Assembly (NCBI GenBank): GCA_029762535.1 | Contig: JARVGK010000017.1 | Location: 1-50,311, forward strand | DNA length: 50,311 bases | DNA from: Thermoplasmatota archaeon | GTDB lineage: Archaea > Thermoplasmatota > Penumbrarchaeia > Penumbrarchaeales > Penumbrarchaeaceae | Direction: 5' to 3' | Shown: positions 36,885 through 47,195 of the stretch, piece after piece | How positions within the stretch are numbered: position 1 is the stretch's first letter | Layout of the letters: every line of letters starts with the position of its first letter | Made by a program: the position numbers and the translations under genes | The notes under the pieces: generated by a model | What the model was told of the DNA's origin: nothing | Databases searched by the model: none | The model's input: only the letters and a program-made list of their open reading frames with translations

Positions 36885-39800
36885 TTATCCTTTGGCGGTT
36901 AGGTCGATCTCCCTGTACGCATCCATCTCCTCCCTGGTCATGACGTCGTATCCGAGAGAGTACATGCTTTTTCGGATAGATCGCAGCACGCTGCGCCTGT
37001 CCATGCCCGGGGCGCAATGGAACGAGGATATGACGAGCCTCCTGGAGGCTGATGCACCGGACGCGGATGCCGATCTGAACCGGACCGAGGCCAAAAGAGA
37101 TGCTCCGGATAGGAACAGATGACCTCTGGGGACCTTTCTACCCCCAATGGATAGGGAGGAAAGCACCCTTGCCATCCTGTCCTTGGGGGAGATCACCGAT
37201 GAGATGCCTTCTTTCTTTTTCACCTTTTCGACCGCATCGAAGTCCAGGTCCTTGAGGCAGTACAACGTGCCAGGCATGGGGTCGGCGATGATAAAGCGGT
37301 CGAGGTGGCTCGCGCACAGGTCCTTGAGCATGATCCTGACCCGGCCCGGAGGACCCAACCTGGGGGAGCAGTTCATCAGGCCCCTGAACGTGAACATGCC
37401 CAATGACCGCGCTATGAAGAGTATCCACGCCCTGAGAAGAACGCCTTTGGCCACGCGCCTCTTACCTTTATCGGCCTCCGATGGGCGATGGATCACAGAA
37501 TACCTCCCCCATCCATCCAAGCTTACGAGGCCACCTTTGAGAAGGGCCTTCATTCCAGAGGGATCGTCGTCCATATCAGGATGGGGGTCGATCATACCAT
37601 GCGAAGCCTCTACGGAGGAGAGCAGCCTGTTACGCCTCACTTTGTGACGGGGGGTCCGTTCCGTTGGGGGGAATCTCGCCAGCAGTCCGCCGTAAGATGC
37701 GACCGGGAGCACCTGGTCGAGCATTCCGGTCAGAAGGCCGTACTTGCGCTTGAGGTCCTTGAGGTCCGAAAGGTCGATGGTCCGCGTTGTCGCCCTGACC
37801 GGGGCGGGACCGGCAGGGATGCAAGGCCTGTCCCCTTTCACGGAATCGACGATGTCCTCGAAGCGATCAACGGTATCCTCTGCCATGTCAGCGTACGAGC
37901 CGCTCCTTATTTCCCCATACCTGCCGGACCCCAATCTGGAGGCGATCTCCCATCGGTCGCTGATCCCCCCAAGCCTCTGTATCACCTCGAGAGGGTGCGA
38001 GAGGTGATGGCCCTCGATCAGGCCCTGATGGAACAACATTGATAGGATAACGGTCTCCATATCGATATCGCATCTGAGGACAGCCCCTCTTGACAGGAAT
38101 GACGACCCTTCGGTTGTCGATCGAACGAATCCCTTCTCCAAAAAAGCCCTCGTGGCGGGATTGTCCCCTTCCCCGGAAGGGGCCCCACCGACCGACTCGA
38201 GAGTAAGGCAGTCGTACCCCAGGGCATCGAGCCGCTCGAGAGAACGAACAAGCGACCCCGATCCAGCACCCAGAAGGGCATGCTCCCCGACCTCGAGCTC
38301 GTGCACCCTGATCAAGTTCCCTGAAAGCGATATGACCGCCTTTCCGGAGGGCTTTCCGTCCGATAACAGGACCAGGGTCTGACCTCTGGCCCCCTTCACC
38401 TTTGGATCAAGATGCCTGATGGTGCCGGCTCCGGAGAGGGCAAGGTAGGGGTCCCCTGCTGTCACCCAAAGAGGGGACCTGTCCATCGGGGGGGGTCCTT
38501 TTAAGCTCTTGGAGCCCTGTTCAGGGCCGTTCTTGAGCCCTTTATCCGCAGCCTTGAACCACACTTCCAAAGAGGGCTTTCTCCAGACATCCCCGGGGGT
38601 CCACCCGATGGACAACTCAACATGCCCTCGCCCTATCATGTCGATGGCGCCTACGGGGATCGAACCGGCCCTCCAACGGAACAGCCTGCACAACGATGAC
38701 AGACCAAGTGGGCCGATCCTTTGGAGCAATTCGATGAAACGCCTCCCGGTCTCGAACGCTCCTATCCCGTACCCGCTATAGATGCCTTCTTCCAGGGGGA
38801 TGCCGAAGGGGGTCATGTCCAGGAACTCGGTTAGCGTGGCAGAGCGCGATCTCGACACTACCGGGCCTGGACCTGCCTCGGCACTCGCACCCCCGCCGCC
38901 CTCCGCCCAAAAGGATAGGGGGTTGAAGATCCTCGCCCACTCGCGGCCGGCGAGCATCCATCTTCCAAATACCCGTACGGGCACCAATCTCCGACCGATA
39001 ATGGAGGATCGGATATCATCGTGATGGATCCCCTCCGCCCTGAGAACGATGTCGAGAGGGTCGGAAATGAAGGGGAGCCTCTTGAGAACGCCTCTCATGC
39101 TCGATGCGCCCTCGAGCATCCTTACAAGGGCCGCGTTCATCTCACGAGAGCGCGCATCTGTAAAAGGCCCGTATCCGGAAACGTCCATGTAACGCCGACC
39201 GCTGACCGTCTCGATCGAGAGGAGGCGCCCCTGTTCCAGCAGATCCCCGGGATCAGCCCCTCCGAAGGCTTTCGCCGCATCCTCCTCGTCCATGCCGATG
39301 TCCTCGCCGCGTAGGATGGAGATGACCTCCTGGAGGATCCCGCTCTCTCCATCCATAGTACCTGATGGGATCCCGCCATCGGGATATTCGGCGGTTTCGG
39401 GTCCGACGCCATGTTCCAAGCCCTTCTCGCCCCCATCTTTCCACCATCTGCCAACGATATCCTTGCCTATCCACCCCGGCATCTGGCGGTCGAGGAAGAT
39501 CATTTTCCTGGTCCCCGAAGACAGCGAGCCGACGATCTCCCCGACCCTGCCAACGTCGAGCCTCTCTTCGTATGTCTCTCTGAGCGCCTCTTCCCGAAGC
39601 AGAACGAGGCCCCTCATAGGTCCAGGTGCGGTATCGTTCCCTTTGGACCCGTCAAGGGCCTTGAGCAGCCCATCCAATGCTCTTCTGCGGTATCTCAACC
39701 CGGTCTCCCTTCCAGCGAACCTCGACAGAACGAGAAGGGCCCTCGAGGCGCAGTGCGAGAACCTCGAGAGGTAGAAAGAGGATGCCAGGGCGATCTCCCT

Positions 39801-41966
39801 GGACAGCGCTTCCTGGTCGCAGGAACCCAGCATGCCTACGGGGTCGAACTCCCGGAGATCCACCGGAGAGCTGATGGCGAACCCGTCCTCGGAGGCGATG
39901 ATGTCCAGCCTGGATCCGGTCCTTCGTCCCAAAAGGTGCGCGAGCAGCCTGGAGAATAGATCGTTCACCCTCCTGCCCTCCGGAAGGTGGAATATGTGCA
40001 GGACCCTGTTCGTCTCGCGGACCATCTCTACCGTTATCCTGTCCCTTGCAGGTGCCCAACCCTCCTCTACAGCACGTGCGCGGAGCAGCTCCAGTGTTTC
40101 TTTGGAGCCGTTCTCCATCGATATCCGGATCCTGCCCTTTAGAATGACGCCATCCTGTCCCAGTCCATTCTCCCAGAGATCATAGATCTCCTCCGCGACG
40201 GAATGGGGTCTTGGTGGGGAATCACCGATCCACACAGGGACGGTTGGCGCAGCGTTCCTGTCCTCCCTTACCTTTATGGCGGGGCCGGAGAAACGGACGA
40301 TCCTCAGCGGCCTGGACCCGAGCATGATCACATCGCCCTCGTACAGGGATTCGGCGAAATCCCTGAAGAGCGTTCCGACCGTCCTGTTGGTCGAGTCGTC
40401 CGCAACCCTATAAGATGTCTCATAAGGGATGGTCCCGCAGTTGAGATAGAAGGCCTGTCTGGCCCCCCTTGCCGGCGTCAGATCGTCGCCCGACCTTCGA
40501 AGCCGCGGCATGATCAGCGTTCCGGTCGGGGATCGAGCGCTGAGGAGGTCAGCGACGGCCTCCACGTCCGATCTCCTTATCTTCCTGAAGGGATAGGCCC
40601 GCCTCGCGAGCGAGAGCACATCGGCGATACGGGTCCCACCCTCTTCGAGCGAGAGCCCCACCATGAACTGTGCGAGTACGTCGGGAGGTCCGTATCCGTC
40701 CCCGGAGTGCTTGGGTATTCCCCTTATCGAGGCCTTCAACACGGCGTAGCTGTCGAGCATATCCGCTGCATCGAGAGGATATATTCTACCATTGGAACGG
40801 GCCCCCAATCTATGGCCTGCCCGGCCGATCCTCTGCATCAGGCTCACGGGGTCCCCCGGCGAGGAGACCTGGAGCGCGAGGTCCACACGGCCGATGTCGA
40901 TCCCCAGTTCCAGAGATGTCGAGGATATCAGGCATTTCAGCCTCCCGCTCCTGAGGCCATCCTGGGCGATCCTTCTAATATCTCCCCCGAGGGACCCGTG
41001 GTGCGCGGCCACGTCATGCCCCCGCATCGCAAGGGAATATGCCATTTCCTCCGCGGCGGCCCTGGTGTTGCGGAACACTATGAGGCCCCCGTCAATCGTT
41101 CCCATTATCGAACCCACCTCGTTAAGGAGCAGGTCCTTCGAGGCTTCTGGGTCCTCCTCCTTCGCCGCCAACCCGTCAATGGCGACCTCGAGCTCCTTGA
41201 CATCGGACGATCTGACGATGGAGATGTCCCTGATTCGTCCCGAGGCCGAGATCCCGGCAACGAAGCGCGCGGCGGCGCGCTCGTCCACGGTAGCGGAGAG
41301 TCCTACGCGGACGGGTTCCGCCCCCGTCGTCTCGAAAGATATCCTGTTCAGGTACTCAAGTGCGAGGGAGAGGAGCATTCCCCTCTTGTTACCCATGAGC
41401 TCATGGACCTCGTCGACCACAATGTAGCGGGCCGTTCTCAGGATCTCCCTGTAAGAGGAGTTTAACATCAGGAGCAGGTTCTCCGGAGTGACTATCAGTA
41501 TATCGGGAGGATGTCTCAGCATCCTGCGCCTCTCCTGCTGGGGGACGTCACCGGAGCGGATCCCCACAGTTATGGGACGCGAGTCCCTGCCGGACCGGGC
41601 CCCTCGCATTTTGCAGGGAACGGGCCCGATCCTCTCGCACAGCGAGGAGATGCTCCCGTGGATGTCCTGGCCCATGGCCCTCATCGGCGAGACGTGTATC
41701 ACAGTGATCCCATTTCTGTCCAGCCCGCCCCTCACAAGGGCGTCCAGAGGGGACATTATCGCCGCGAGGGTCTTCCCGCTCCCGGTAGGTGACGAGACGA
41801 GGACGTTTCCCCCGCTGCCCACGGTCCTCCAGACCTCGAGCTGCAGGCTTGTGGGATCTCCCACGGAAGCCTTGAACTCCCCAAGAAGCCGATCGTCAAG
41901 GATGTGTGCTTCGCCTACATTGGGCGATGGATCGCCTCCTGTCCTCTTACGTTGGATCTCAGACAT
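36885..41966 (-). CDS. lhr: Lhr-family SF2 (DEAD/DEAH-box) helicase with long C-terminal extension
   Basis: PTSLQ, SPTGSGKT, SPMRA, R.GD....ER....PPDILIVTPE, DEVH...KRG, GLSAT, F.NTR..AE, HHGSL, SLELGIDIG, QRIGRAGH, DVLAQ, GTIP. Confidence 0.93.
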   Translation of the reverse strand: MSEIQRKRTGGDPSPNVGEAHILDDRLLGEFKASVGDPTSLQLEVWRTVGSGGNVLVSSPTGSGKTLAAIMSPLDALVRGGLDRNGITVIHVSPMRAMGQDIHGSISSLCERIGPVPCKMRGARSGRDSRPITVGIRSGDVPQQERRRMLRHPPDILIVTPENLLLMLNSSYREILRTARYIVVDEVHELMGNKRGMLLSLALEYLNRISFETTGAEPVRVGLSATVDERAAARFVAGISASGRIRDISIVRSSDVKELEVAIDGLAAKEEDPEASKDLLLNEVGSIMGTIDGGLIVFRNTRAAAEEMAYSLAMRGHDVAAHHGSLGGDIRRIAQDGLRSGRLKCLISSTSLELGIDIGRVDLALQVSSPGDPVSLMQRIGRAGHRLGARSNGRIYPLDAADMLDSYAVLKASIRGIPKHSGDGYGPPDVLAQFMVGLSLEEGGTRIADVLSLARRAYPFRKIRRSDVEAVADLLSARSPTGTLIMPRLRRSGDDLTPARGARQAFYLNCGTIPYETSYRVADDSTNRTVGTLFRDFAESLYEGDVIMLGSRPLRIVRFSGPAIKVREDRNAAPTVPVWIGDSPPRPHSVAEEIYDLWENGLGQDGVILKGRIRISMENGSKETLELLRARAVEEGWAPARDRITVEMVRETNRVLHIFHLPEGRRVNDLFSRLLAHLLGRRTGSRLDIIASEDGFAISSPVDLREFDPVGMLGSCDQEALSREIALASSFYLSRFSHCASRALLVLSRFAGRETGLRYRRRALDGLLKALDGSKGNDTAPGPMRGLVLLREEALRETYEERLDVGRVGEIVGSLSSGTRKMIFLDRQMPGWIGKDIVGRWWKDGGEKGLEHGVGPETAEYPDGGIPSGTMDGESGILQEVISILRGEDIGMDEEDAAKAFGGADPGDLLEQGRLLSIETVSGRRYMDVSGYGPFTDARSREMNAALVRMLEGASSMRGVLKRLPFISDPLDIVLRAEGIHHDDIRSSIIGRRLVPVRVFGRWMLAGREWARIFNPLSFWAEGGGGASAEAGPGPVVSRSRSATLTEFLDMTPFGIPLEEGIYSGYGIGAFETGRRFIELLQRIGPLGLSSLCRLFRWRAGSIPVGAIDMIGRGHVELSIGWTPGDVWRKPSLEVWFKAADKGLKNGPEQGSKSLKGPPPMDRSPLWVTAGDPYLALSGAGTIRHLDPKVKGARGQTLVLLSDGKPSGKAVISLSGNLIRVHELEVGEHALLGAGSGSLVRSLERLDALGYDCLTLESVGGAPSGEGDNPATRAFLEKGFVRSTTEGSSFLSRGAVLRCDIDMETVILSMLFHQGLIEGHHLSHPLEVIQRLGGISDRWEIASRLGSGRYGEIRSGSYADMAEDTVDRFEDIVDSVKGDRPCIPAGPAPVRATTRTIDLSDLKDLKRKYGLLTGMLDQVLPVASYGGLLARFPPTERTPRHKVRRNRLLSSVEASHGMIDPHPDMDDDPSGMKALLKGGLVSLDGWGRYSVIHRPSEADKGKRRVAKGVLLRAWILFIARSLGMFTFRGLMNCSPRLGPPGRVRIMLKDLCASHLDRFIIADPMPGTLYCLKDLDFDAVEKVKKKEGISSVISPKDRMARVLSSLSIGGRKVPRGHLFLSGASLLASVRFRSASASGASASRRLVISSFHCAPGMDRRSVLRSIRKSMYSLGYDVMTREEMDAYREIDLTAKG

Positions 41967-42077
41967 GAAAATTTCCCTTCACCAGGACATCAAAAAGATT
42001 TAACCGTTTGGGTCATCTACCCTTTGCCCCTCGTGCGGTCATCGATGGGATGGGTCCGCGGAGGGCCGGGTGCCTCC

Positions 42078-44597
42078 ATGAGAGATGAAAGGACTCTGCG
42101 CGCCGCCCTTCGAAGGATACTATGGACCGCCACCGTTGCGTCAACATCCATACTCCTCGCGCTCAATATCATCTCTTTGGTCCTTTCAAGTCCTTTCATC
42201 ATCGACGGGATCCCCCCCGAATACGACACGTATGTCAGAGGGAGCCTCAGACTGCCTTACGCCCCCATAACTAACGATGGCATCGATGCTGAACTGCCCT
42301 CTTCGGTCTCGGCCTTATCCCCTTTCGACGTGGCGCTATCGTATCCTTTCGACAGGGTCCCTTACGGGATTCAGTACCTGCATTTCGAGAACGGAACGGG
42401 CCATTTCAGGCAGGTGCGCATCTCGCTCTATCACGATCCCGGATCGATGCGGTGGAAGGGCTGCGCAAGGGTCCCCGGACTGGAGCGGTCGGGGAACTAC
42501 TCCGTCTCGCTCCTGGGCATGGACGCGCCCGAGGGGGTAGAACTCTACAAAGTCGCTCTTTCGAACGTTCTGGAGGTGCTCCCTTTACAGGTCGGGGATC
42601 CTGCGATCATGCCCTTGATCTCACCGGACCACAATGTGAGCGGCCCTATAGAGGTCGAGGTTGGAGGGGGTATGATGCCAGAGGGCGTGATGTACCGTTT
42701 CGATAACGGGACAGAATCCAACCTTTCCGGGGGCAGCAAACTTCTGTTGGACCCAGGCCACCTCGGACCGGGCTGGCATCTCCTCACGATATCTGGCCAG
42801 GGATGGGAGAGGTCCTATCCCGTTTTCAGGGAATGGGACCTCGGTGTGGTCAAGGACGCACCCGATCTGACCGTGGAGAAGGTGTTCAACGGCTCGGACC
42901 GAACATATTCCCAGGAGGAGATGGCCCCGATCAAGGTGATCGCGGGCAGTGTTCGACTGTTCGGGAACGCCTTCTACAGGGTCTCGCTGGAATATCCGGC
43001 CGACCGCCTTGGGACCCTGCCTCCTTCCCTGACGGGAATGGAGCATCTCCTCCCGGTACAAGCCCAGGGGTTCAAGATCGGGGACAGGATATATCCCGCC
43101 TCACCGTCCGGGGACCATAGGACCTGGACGGCTATTGTGCTAGTTTGGGGCAATTCGTCATCCTTCCCCGCGTCCGCTGGCCCTCTCTCGGGCGGGTCCA
43201 ACAGCCGCCCCAGGCATTTCACCGTCGAGGTCATGGAGGACAGAACGCTCGAGGTACGGATCTCCCCCGACCCCTTCCTCCCGGTGAGCGATCCCCCGGC
43301 ATCCGGAAGCTGGATCATGATCTCCGATATCGGCTATCCCCTCGGAAAAAGGACCTTCAGCGCCCCTCCCGAGCTGAGTCTGGATGGGATCGGATCATCC
43401 CCGACCGTGGACGATCCCGGAGGATACTGGACCCGCTACAGCTATATCATCTCCCCGTCGGACATGAGGTCCGGAGCCCTGATCGAGCTGGAAGCGAACG
43501 CCACATACCAGTTCGTGAACGGAATGTACCTCCTCCTGCCTTTCCCCCCGTTCCTATTCACCCTCTTCACGATCCCCGGCGGCCTCCCCGTGGTGGCGTA
43601 TTTCTTCCTCATCGCCCTTGCGATAATTGGCTCCTCCGTCCATATTCTGATCCCCTCCCTGAAGGCCCTAAAAAAGAGGATCGAAGATGGGGATCTGGCC
43701 GACATCACGGAGGATGAGGGCGGATTCCACCACACCGCGATGGGATATACATCCATCATCTTCCTTTCGATAGCGGTGGTGGTCCTGTTCAGGTTAGTGG
43801 AGCAGCCCACACCCGTACCCGGAATTCTCTCCAGTTCCACGCCGGTGCATTTCCGCATGCTCATGCTCGCCGAGGCCTCCGTCTGGGAGGAGATCGCCTC
43901 CAGGGTTCTTTACGTCGGCGTGCCCCTGGTCATCTACAACGCCTTCAGGGGGCGAAAAATGTTCCTCGGGGGATTGCTCGGAGGGACGGGTAGGGTAGGG
44001 AGGAGCGAGCTCGTCCTCATACTTCTATCCGCATCGTTGTTCGGGATCGCCCATGCTGGCTGGGGCCCGTGGAAGGTGCTTCCCACCTTCCTGTCAGGGC
44101 TGATCTTCGGTTACCTTTTCGTCAAGGTCGGCCTCCATGCCTCGATCATCGTCCATTTCCTCATAGACTACGCTTCTTTCTTCTGGGAGATCGTCCCCGG
44201 GGCCGAAAATGCTCAATGGGTCTATGCCCTTCTTATTCTAGTGTTCATCGCTGTGGGGATCCTCAACGCAGGCCTTCTATTGGGCAGGGCAGCGATGCGT
44301 ATGGGCCCTATAAAGGGAAAGGCCTTGTTGGCTTTCGCCCATTCGATACTGTCGATCGTTACGGGCGCCATCATCTATGCGGGATCGGGGAACGTATTTT
44401 TCACCGTTGTCTTCTTTTTCGCCCCCTTGCCGTACCTCCTCTGGTACGTGGCCCAAGGGTATGGCTTCGGAAAATACGCCTCATGGTTGGTGATGATATA
44501 CTCTCCCCTGACCCTGCTCCTCGCGCCGTTCGGCGTCGCGTTCTGGCACATCATCGGAGAGGAAGCTCAAGGGCCATCTTCCCGAAATCCCCTCTGA
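42078..44597 (+). CDS. CPBP (Rce1/Abi) family intramembrane glutamic endopeptidase with large extracytoplasmic insertion
   Basis: ASVWEEIASR (EExxxR), FGIAH, G..FGYLF...GLHASIIVHFLIDY; about 440 aa of soluble sequence between TM1 and TM2; SD GGGTG 5 nt before ATG 42078. Confidence 0.85.
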   Translation: MRDERTLRAALRRILWTATVASTSILLALNIISLVLSSPFIIDGIPPEYDTYVRGSLRLPYAPITNDGIDAELPSSVSALSPFDVALSYPFDRVPYGIQYLHFENGTGHFRQVRISLYHDPGSMRWKGCARVPGLERSGNYSVSLLGMDAPEGVELYKVALSNVLEVLPLQVGDPAIMPLISPDHNVSGPIEVEVGGGMMPEGVMYRFDNGTESNLSGGSKLLLDPGHLGPGWHLLTISGQGWERSYPVFREWDLGVVKDAPDLTVEKVFNGSDRTYSQEEMAPIKVIAGSVRLFGNAFYRVSLEYPADRLGTLPPSLTGMEHLLPVQAQGFKIGDRIYPASPSGDHRTWTAIVLVWGNSSSFPASAGPLSGGSNSRPRHFTVEVMEDRTLEVRISPDPFLPVSDPPASGSWIMISDIGYPLGKRTFSAPPELSLDGIGSSPTVDDPGGYWTRYSYIISPSDMRSGALIELEANATYQFVNGMYLLLPFPPFLFTLFTIPGGLPVVAYFFLIALAIIGSSVHILIPSLKALKKRIEDGDLADITEDEGGFHHTAMGYTSIIFLSIAVVVLFRLVEQPTPVPGILSSSTPVHFRMLMLAEASVWEEIASRVLYVGVPLVIYNAFRGRKMFLGGLLGGTGRVGRSELVLILLSASLFGIAHAGWGPWKVLPTFLSGLIFGYLFVKVGLHASIIVHFLIDYASFFWEIVPGAENAQWVYALLILVFIAVGILNAGLLLGRAAMRMGPIKGKALLAFAHSILSIVTGAIIYAGSGNVFFTVVFFFAPLPYLLWYVAQGYGFGKYASWLVMIYSPLTLLLAPFGVAFWHIIGEEAQGPSSRNPL

Positions 44598-45099
44598 GAT
44601 AGGACCTTGCCTTCTCAACGTAGATCCTGGAATTCAAAGCTGCGTTCTGCTCCAGGTTCGGGTCCGTTCTCTTCACCGCTGCGGGGATCCCCACGACCAG
44701 CGAGTGCGGGGGAATGACCGTGCCCGGAGTAACGACGGCTCCCGCACCCACGACCGATCCCCTGCCGATGACACATCCGTTGAGCAATACCGATCGTATG
44801 CCGATGATGCATCTGTCCTCCACTGTGGCTCCATGGACTATCGCACCATGGCCGACTGTGACCTCCTCGCCTATGTTCGTTGGAAAACCGTCATCGACGT
44901 GTATGACGGCGCCGTCCTGGATGTTCGACGAGCGACCAATACTTATCTTCGCCTCATCTGCCCTTATCACCGCATACGGCCAAACCGAGCAGTCTCCCCC
45001 GATCTCCACATCGCCTATGATACATGTCGATCCATGTATGAAGCAGCTCTCATCGATGAGAGGAGGCCCGAACCTCCCCGGATCCGATATCTTACCCAT
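44551..45099 (-). CDS. Gamma carbonic anhydrase family protein (left-handed beta-helix, YrdA-like)
   Basis: IIGDVEIG..SVWP.AVIRAD...I.IG..SNIQDG.VIH...TVGH.A.VHG (three Zn-ligand His); hexapeptide repeats; SD GAGGTGA. Confidence 0.95.
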   Translation of the reverse strand: MGKISDPGRFGPPLIDESCFIHGSTCIIGDVEIGGDCSVWPYAVIRADEAKISIGRSSNIQDGAVIHVDDGFPTNIGEEVTVGHGAIVHGATVEDRCIIGIRSVLLNGCVIGRGSVVGAGAVVTPGTVIPPHSLVVGIPAAVKRTDPNLEQNAALNSRIYVEKARSYLRGDFGKMALELPLR

Positions 45100-45244
45100 C
45101 TGCCATCACCTCGAATTACCCAAACGAGATTTACTGGAAAACCATTATATACAACTCTCCGGGTTTAGACTCCAGAGTCGCTCAAAACGCCTATCGCTTA
45201 AATAATTTGTGAATGCGTCGTGACCGCAGGGGGCCAAGAAGGAC

Positions 45245-47194
45245 TTGTCGGAAAAAGTGGACATCCCGTCGGAGGATGGATCCCCAAAGGATCGGCCTTT
45301 GAAAGAGGAGGAACTCCCTAACGAGGCAGAACCCACGATCCCTGAGCCGGAGAACAAGAAAGCCCCCGCTCCTAGGGAGGCCTCCCCTCCCCCGGTCATA
45401 CAAGGCGGAGAAGGGACACCTTCAGCAGAAAGCGAAAAGGACGTTCCTGATAAGGAACAACCCGAGAAGCCAACTCCGCTGGGATCGGTGATCAAGGGGA
45501 TCAAGAACCTCTTCCAAAAAGGGGAGGACAGATCGTTCGTTGTCAAGGTCGCCAAGAAGATGGTCGATGATAGGAAGGAGATGATCGAGGGGCTCAAGCT
45601 GGAATCGTTGATAGACCTCAACGACAGGCATGTTAGGGTAGAGATATTCCTCAACGAGGAGACCTCGGAATACATCTATCACTCGATCGAGCCCTCTCTG
45701 GCCCCAAGACAGCAGAAGGTCCGGGAGTTCCTGATCGAAACCCTTGGAAAATCGCTCGCTTACGATAAAGAAGCTATGGAGACAGCTGAGAGCAAGGAGA
45801 AGTACCTGCATGAGGCCGTTGAGCAGATCGGGAAGGATTATCGCTCCACCCTCGGAGAGCTCACGGAGGATTTCATGGACCCCATCCTCTACTTCATCAG
45901 AAGGGAATACATCGGTTACGGGAAGATCAACTCGATAATGATGGACCCGGGCGTGGAGGACATATCCTGCGACGGGACGGGGATCCCCGTTTTCGTCTAT
46001 CACAGGGATTACGGTTCGATCCGAACCACCATCTCCTTCGACACCGATGAGGAGCTCGAGGGGTTCGTCGTATCTCTCTCTCAGAGGGCCGGGAAGAACA
46101 TTTCCGTTGCCGATCCCATCCTCGACGCCACCCTTCCCGAGGGTCACAGGTTGAACGCCACATTCGGCAGGGAGGTCACCACAAGAGGTTCGTCGTTCAC
46201 CATCAGGAAGTTCAAGGAGGATCCGCTGACGATCAGCGATCTGGTCAATTTCGGAACGATATCCTCCGAGATGGCAGCCCATTTCTGGATGGCGGTCCAG
46301 TATGGCGAATCCATGATATTCGCCGGAGGGACGGCATCCGGAAAGACCGCGACGATGAACGCCATATCCATTTACATTCCGACATCGGCGAAGATAATAT
46401 CGATCGAGGACACCAGAGAGGTGAACCTGCCCCACCAGAATTGGATAGCGGGAATAACCAGAGGAAGCGCGGATTCCGAGAAATCCGGTGATATAGATAT
46501 GTATCAGCTTCTGAGGGCCGCCCTGAGGCAGAGGCCCGAATACGTCCTTGTGGGCGAGGTCAGAGGTAAGGAGACCATGACCATGTTCCAGGCAATGGCC
46601 ACAGGGCACGTGACATATTCTACCATGCACGCCGATTCGGTCAAATCGATCGTATACAGGCTGGAGAACCCTCCGATATCCATTCCCAGGGTCCTTATAC
46701 AGGCGCTGAACCTCGTCGTCATACACAATCAGCTCCGCGTAAAGGGCAAGAGGGTCAGGCGCATAACGGAGCTCGTCGAGATAGTCGGCATAGAGCCCAC
46801 GAGCCTTGAGATAATCACTAACAGGGTCTACAAATGGGAGCCTGCGGGGGACACTTTCGTGTTCGGAGGGCACTCGAACCTCTACGAGAAGATCATGGAC
46901 CAGGAGGATATGACCCGGGATGAGGTCGTGATAGAGCTCAACCGCAGGGCGGAATTGATCGACTGGCTCGTGAAGAACAACGTCCGGCAGTTCAAGGACG
47001 TCAATACCGTTGTTTCGGAATACTACGAGGACGCCGACAAGGTCATAAAACTGATCAGGGAGAACCCCGTCATAGATATCGAGGATGGACTGCACGTCTT
47101 CGATGAGTTGCTTAAGGAGAGGCTGCCGCCATCGACGCAGGAAGCTTTGCCCGGGATCACCGAGACCCTGGGAACGGGAAGCGGAGGTGCATAG
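45245..47194 (+). CDS. Type II/IV secretion (archaeal type IV pilus) assembly ATPase, TadA/FlaI-like
   Basis: VEDISCDG, FTIRKF, Walker A GGTASGKT, SIEDTRE, ALRQRPEYVLVGEVRG.E, ATGH...STMHA; disordered Pro/Glu-rich N-terminus; TTG start. Confidence 0.95.
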   Translation: MSEKVDIPSEDGSPKDRPLKEEELPNEAEPTIPEPENKKAPAPREASPPPVIQGGEGTPSAESEKDVPDKEQPEKPTPLGSVIKGIKNLFQKGEDRSFVVKVAKKMVDDRKEMIEGLKLESLIDLNDRHVRVEIFLNEETSEYIYHSIEPSLAPRQQKVREFLIETLGKSLAYDKEAMETAESKEKYLHEAVEQIGKDYRSTLGELTEDFMDPILYFIRREYIGYGKINSIMMDPGVEDISCDGTGIPVFVYHRDYGSIRTTISFDTDEELEGFVVSLSQRAGKNISVADPILDATLPEGHRLNATFGREVTTRGSSFTIRKFKEDPLTISDLVNFGTISSEMAAHFWMAVQYGESMIFAGGTASGKTATMNAISIYIPTSAKIISIEDTREVNLPHQNWIAGITRGSADSEKSGDIDMYQLLRAALRQRPEYVLVGEVRGKETMTMFQAMATGHVTYSTMHADSVKSIVYRLENPPISIPRVLIQALNLVVIHNQLRVKGKRVRRITELVEIVGIEPTSLEIITNRVYKWEPAGDTFVFGGHSNLYEKIMDQEDMTRDEVVIELNRRAELIDWLVKNNVRQFKDVNTVVSEYYEDADKVIKLIRENPVIDIEDGLHVFDELLKERLPPSTQEALPGITETLGTGSGGA

Positions 47195-47195
47195 A

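Noticed and set aside
40203-41465. 420-aa plus-strand ORF
   Set aside because: Antisense to the Lhr helicase core; no motifs.
41904-42077. N-terminal extension of the CPBP ORF in the ORF track
   Set aside because: Overlaps the divergent lhr start; the SD supports ATG 42078.
44551-44597. 47-bp convergent overlap of the CPBP and gamma-CA genes
   Set aside because: Involves only non-conserved C-terminal tails; common in compact genomes.
45422-47095. 557-aa antisense ORF
   Set aside because: Shadow of the well-conserved ATPase on the plus strand; no recognisable motifs.
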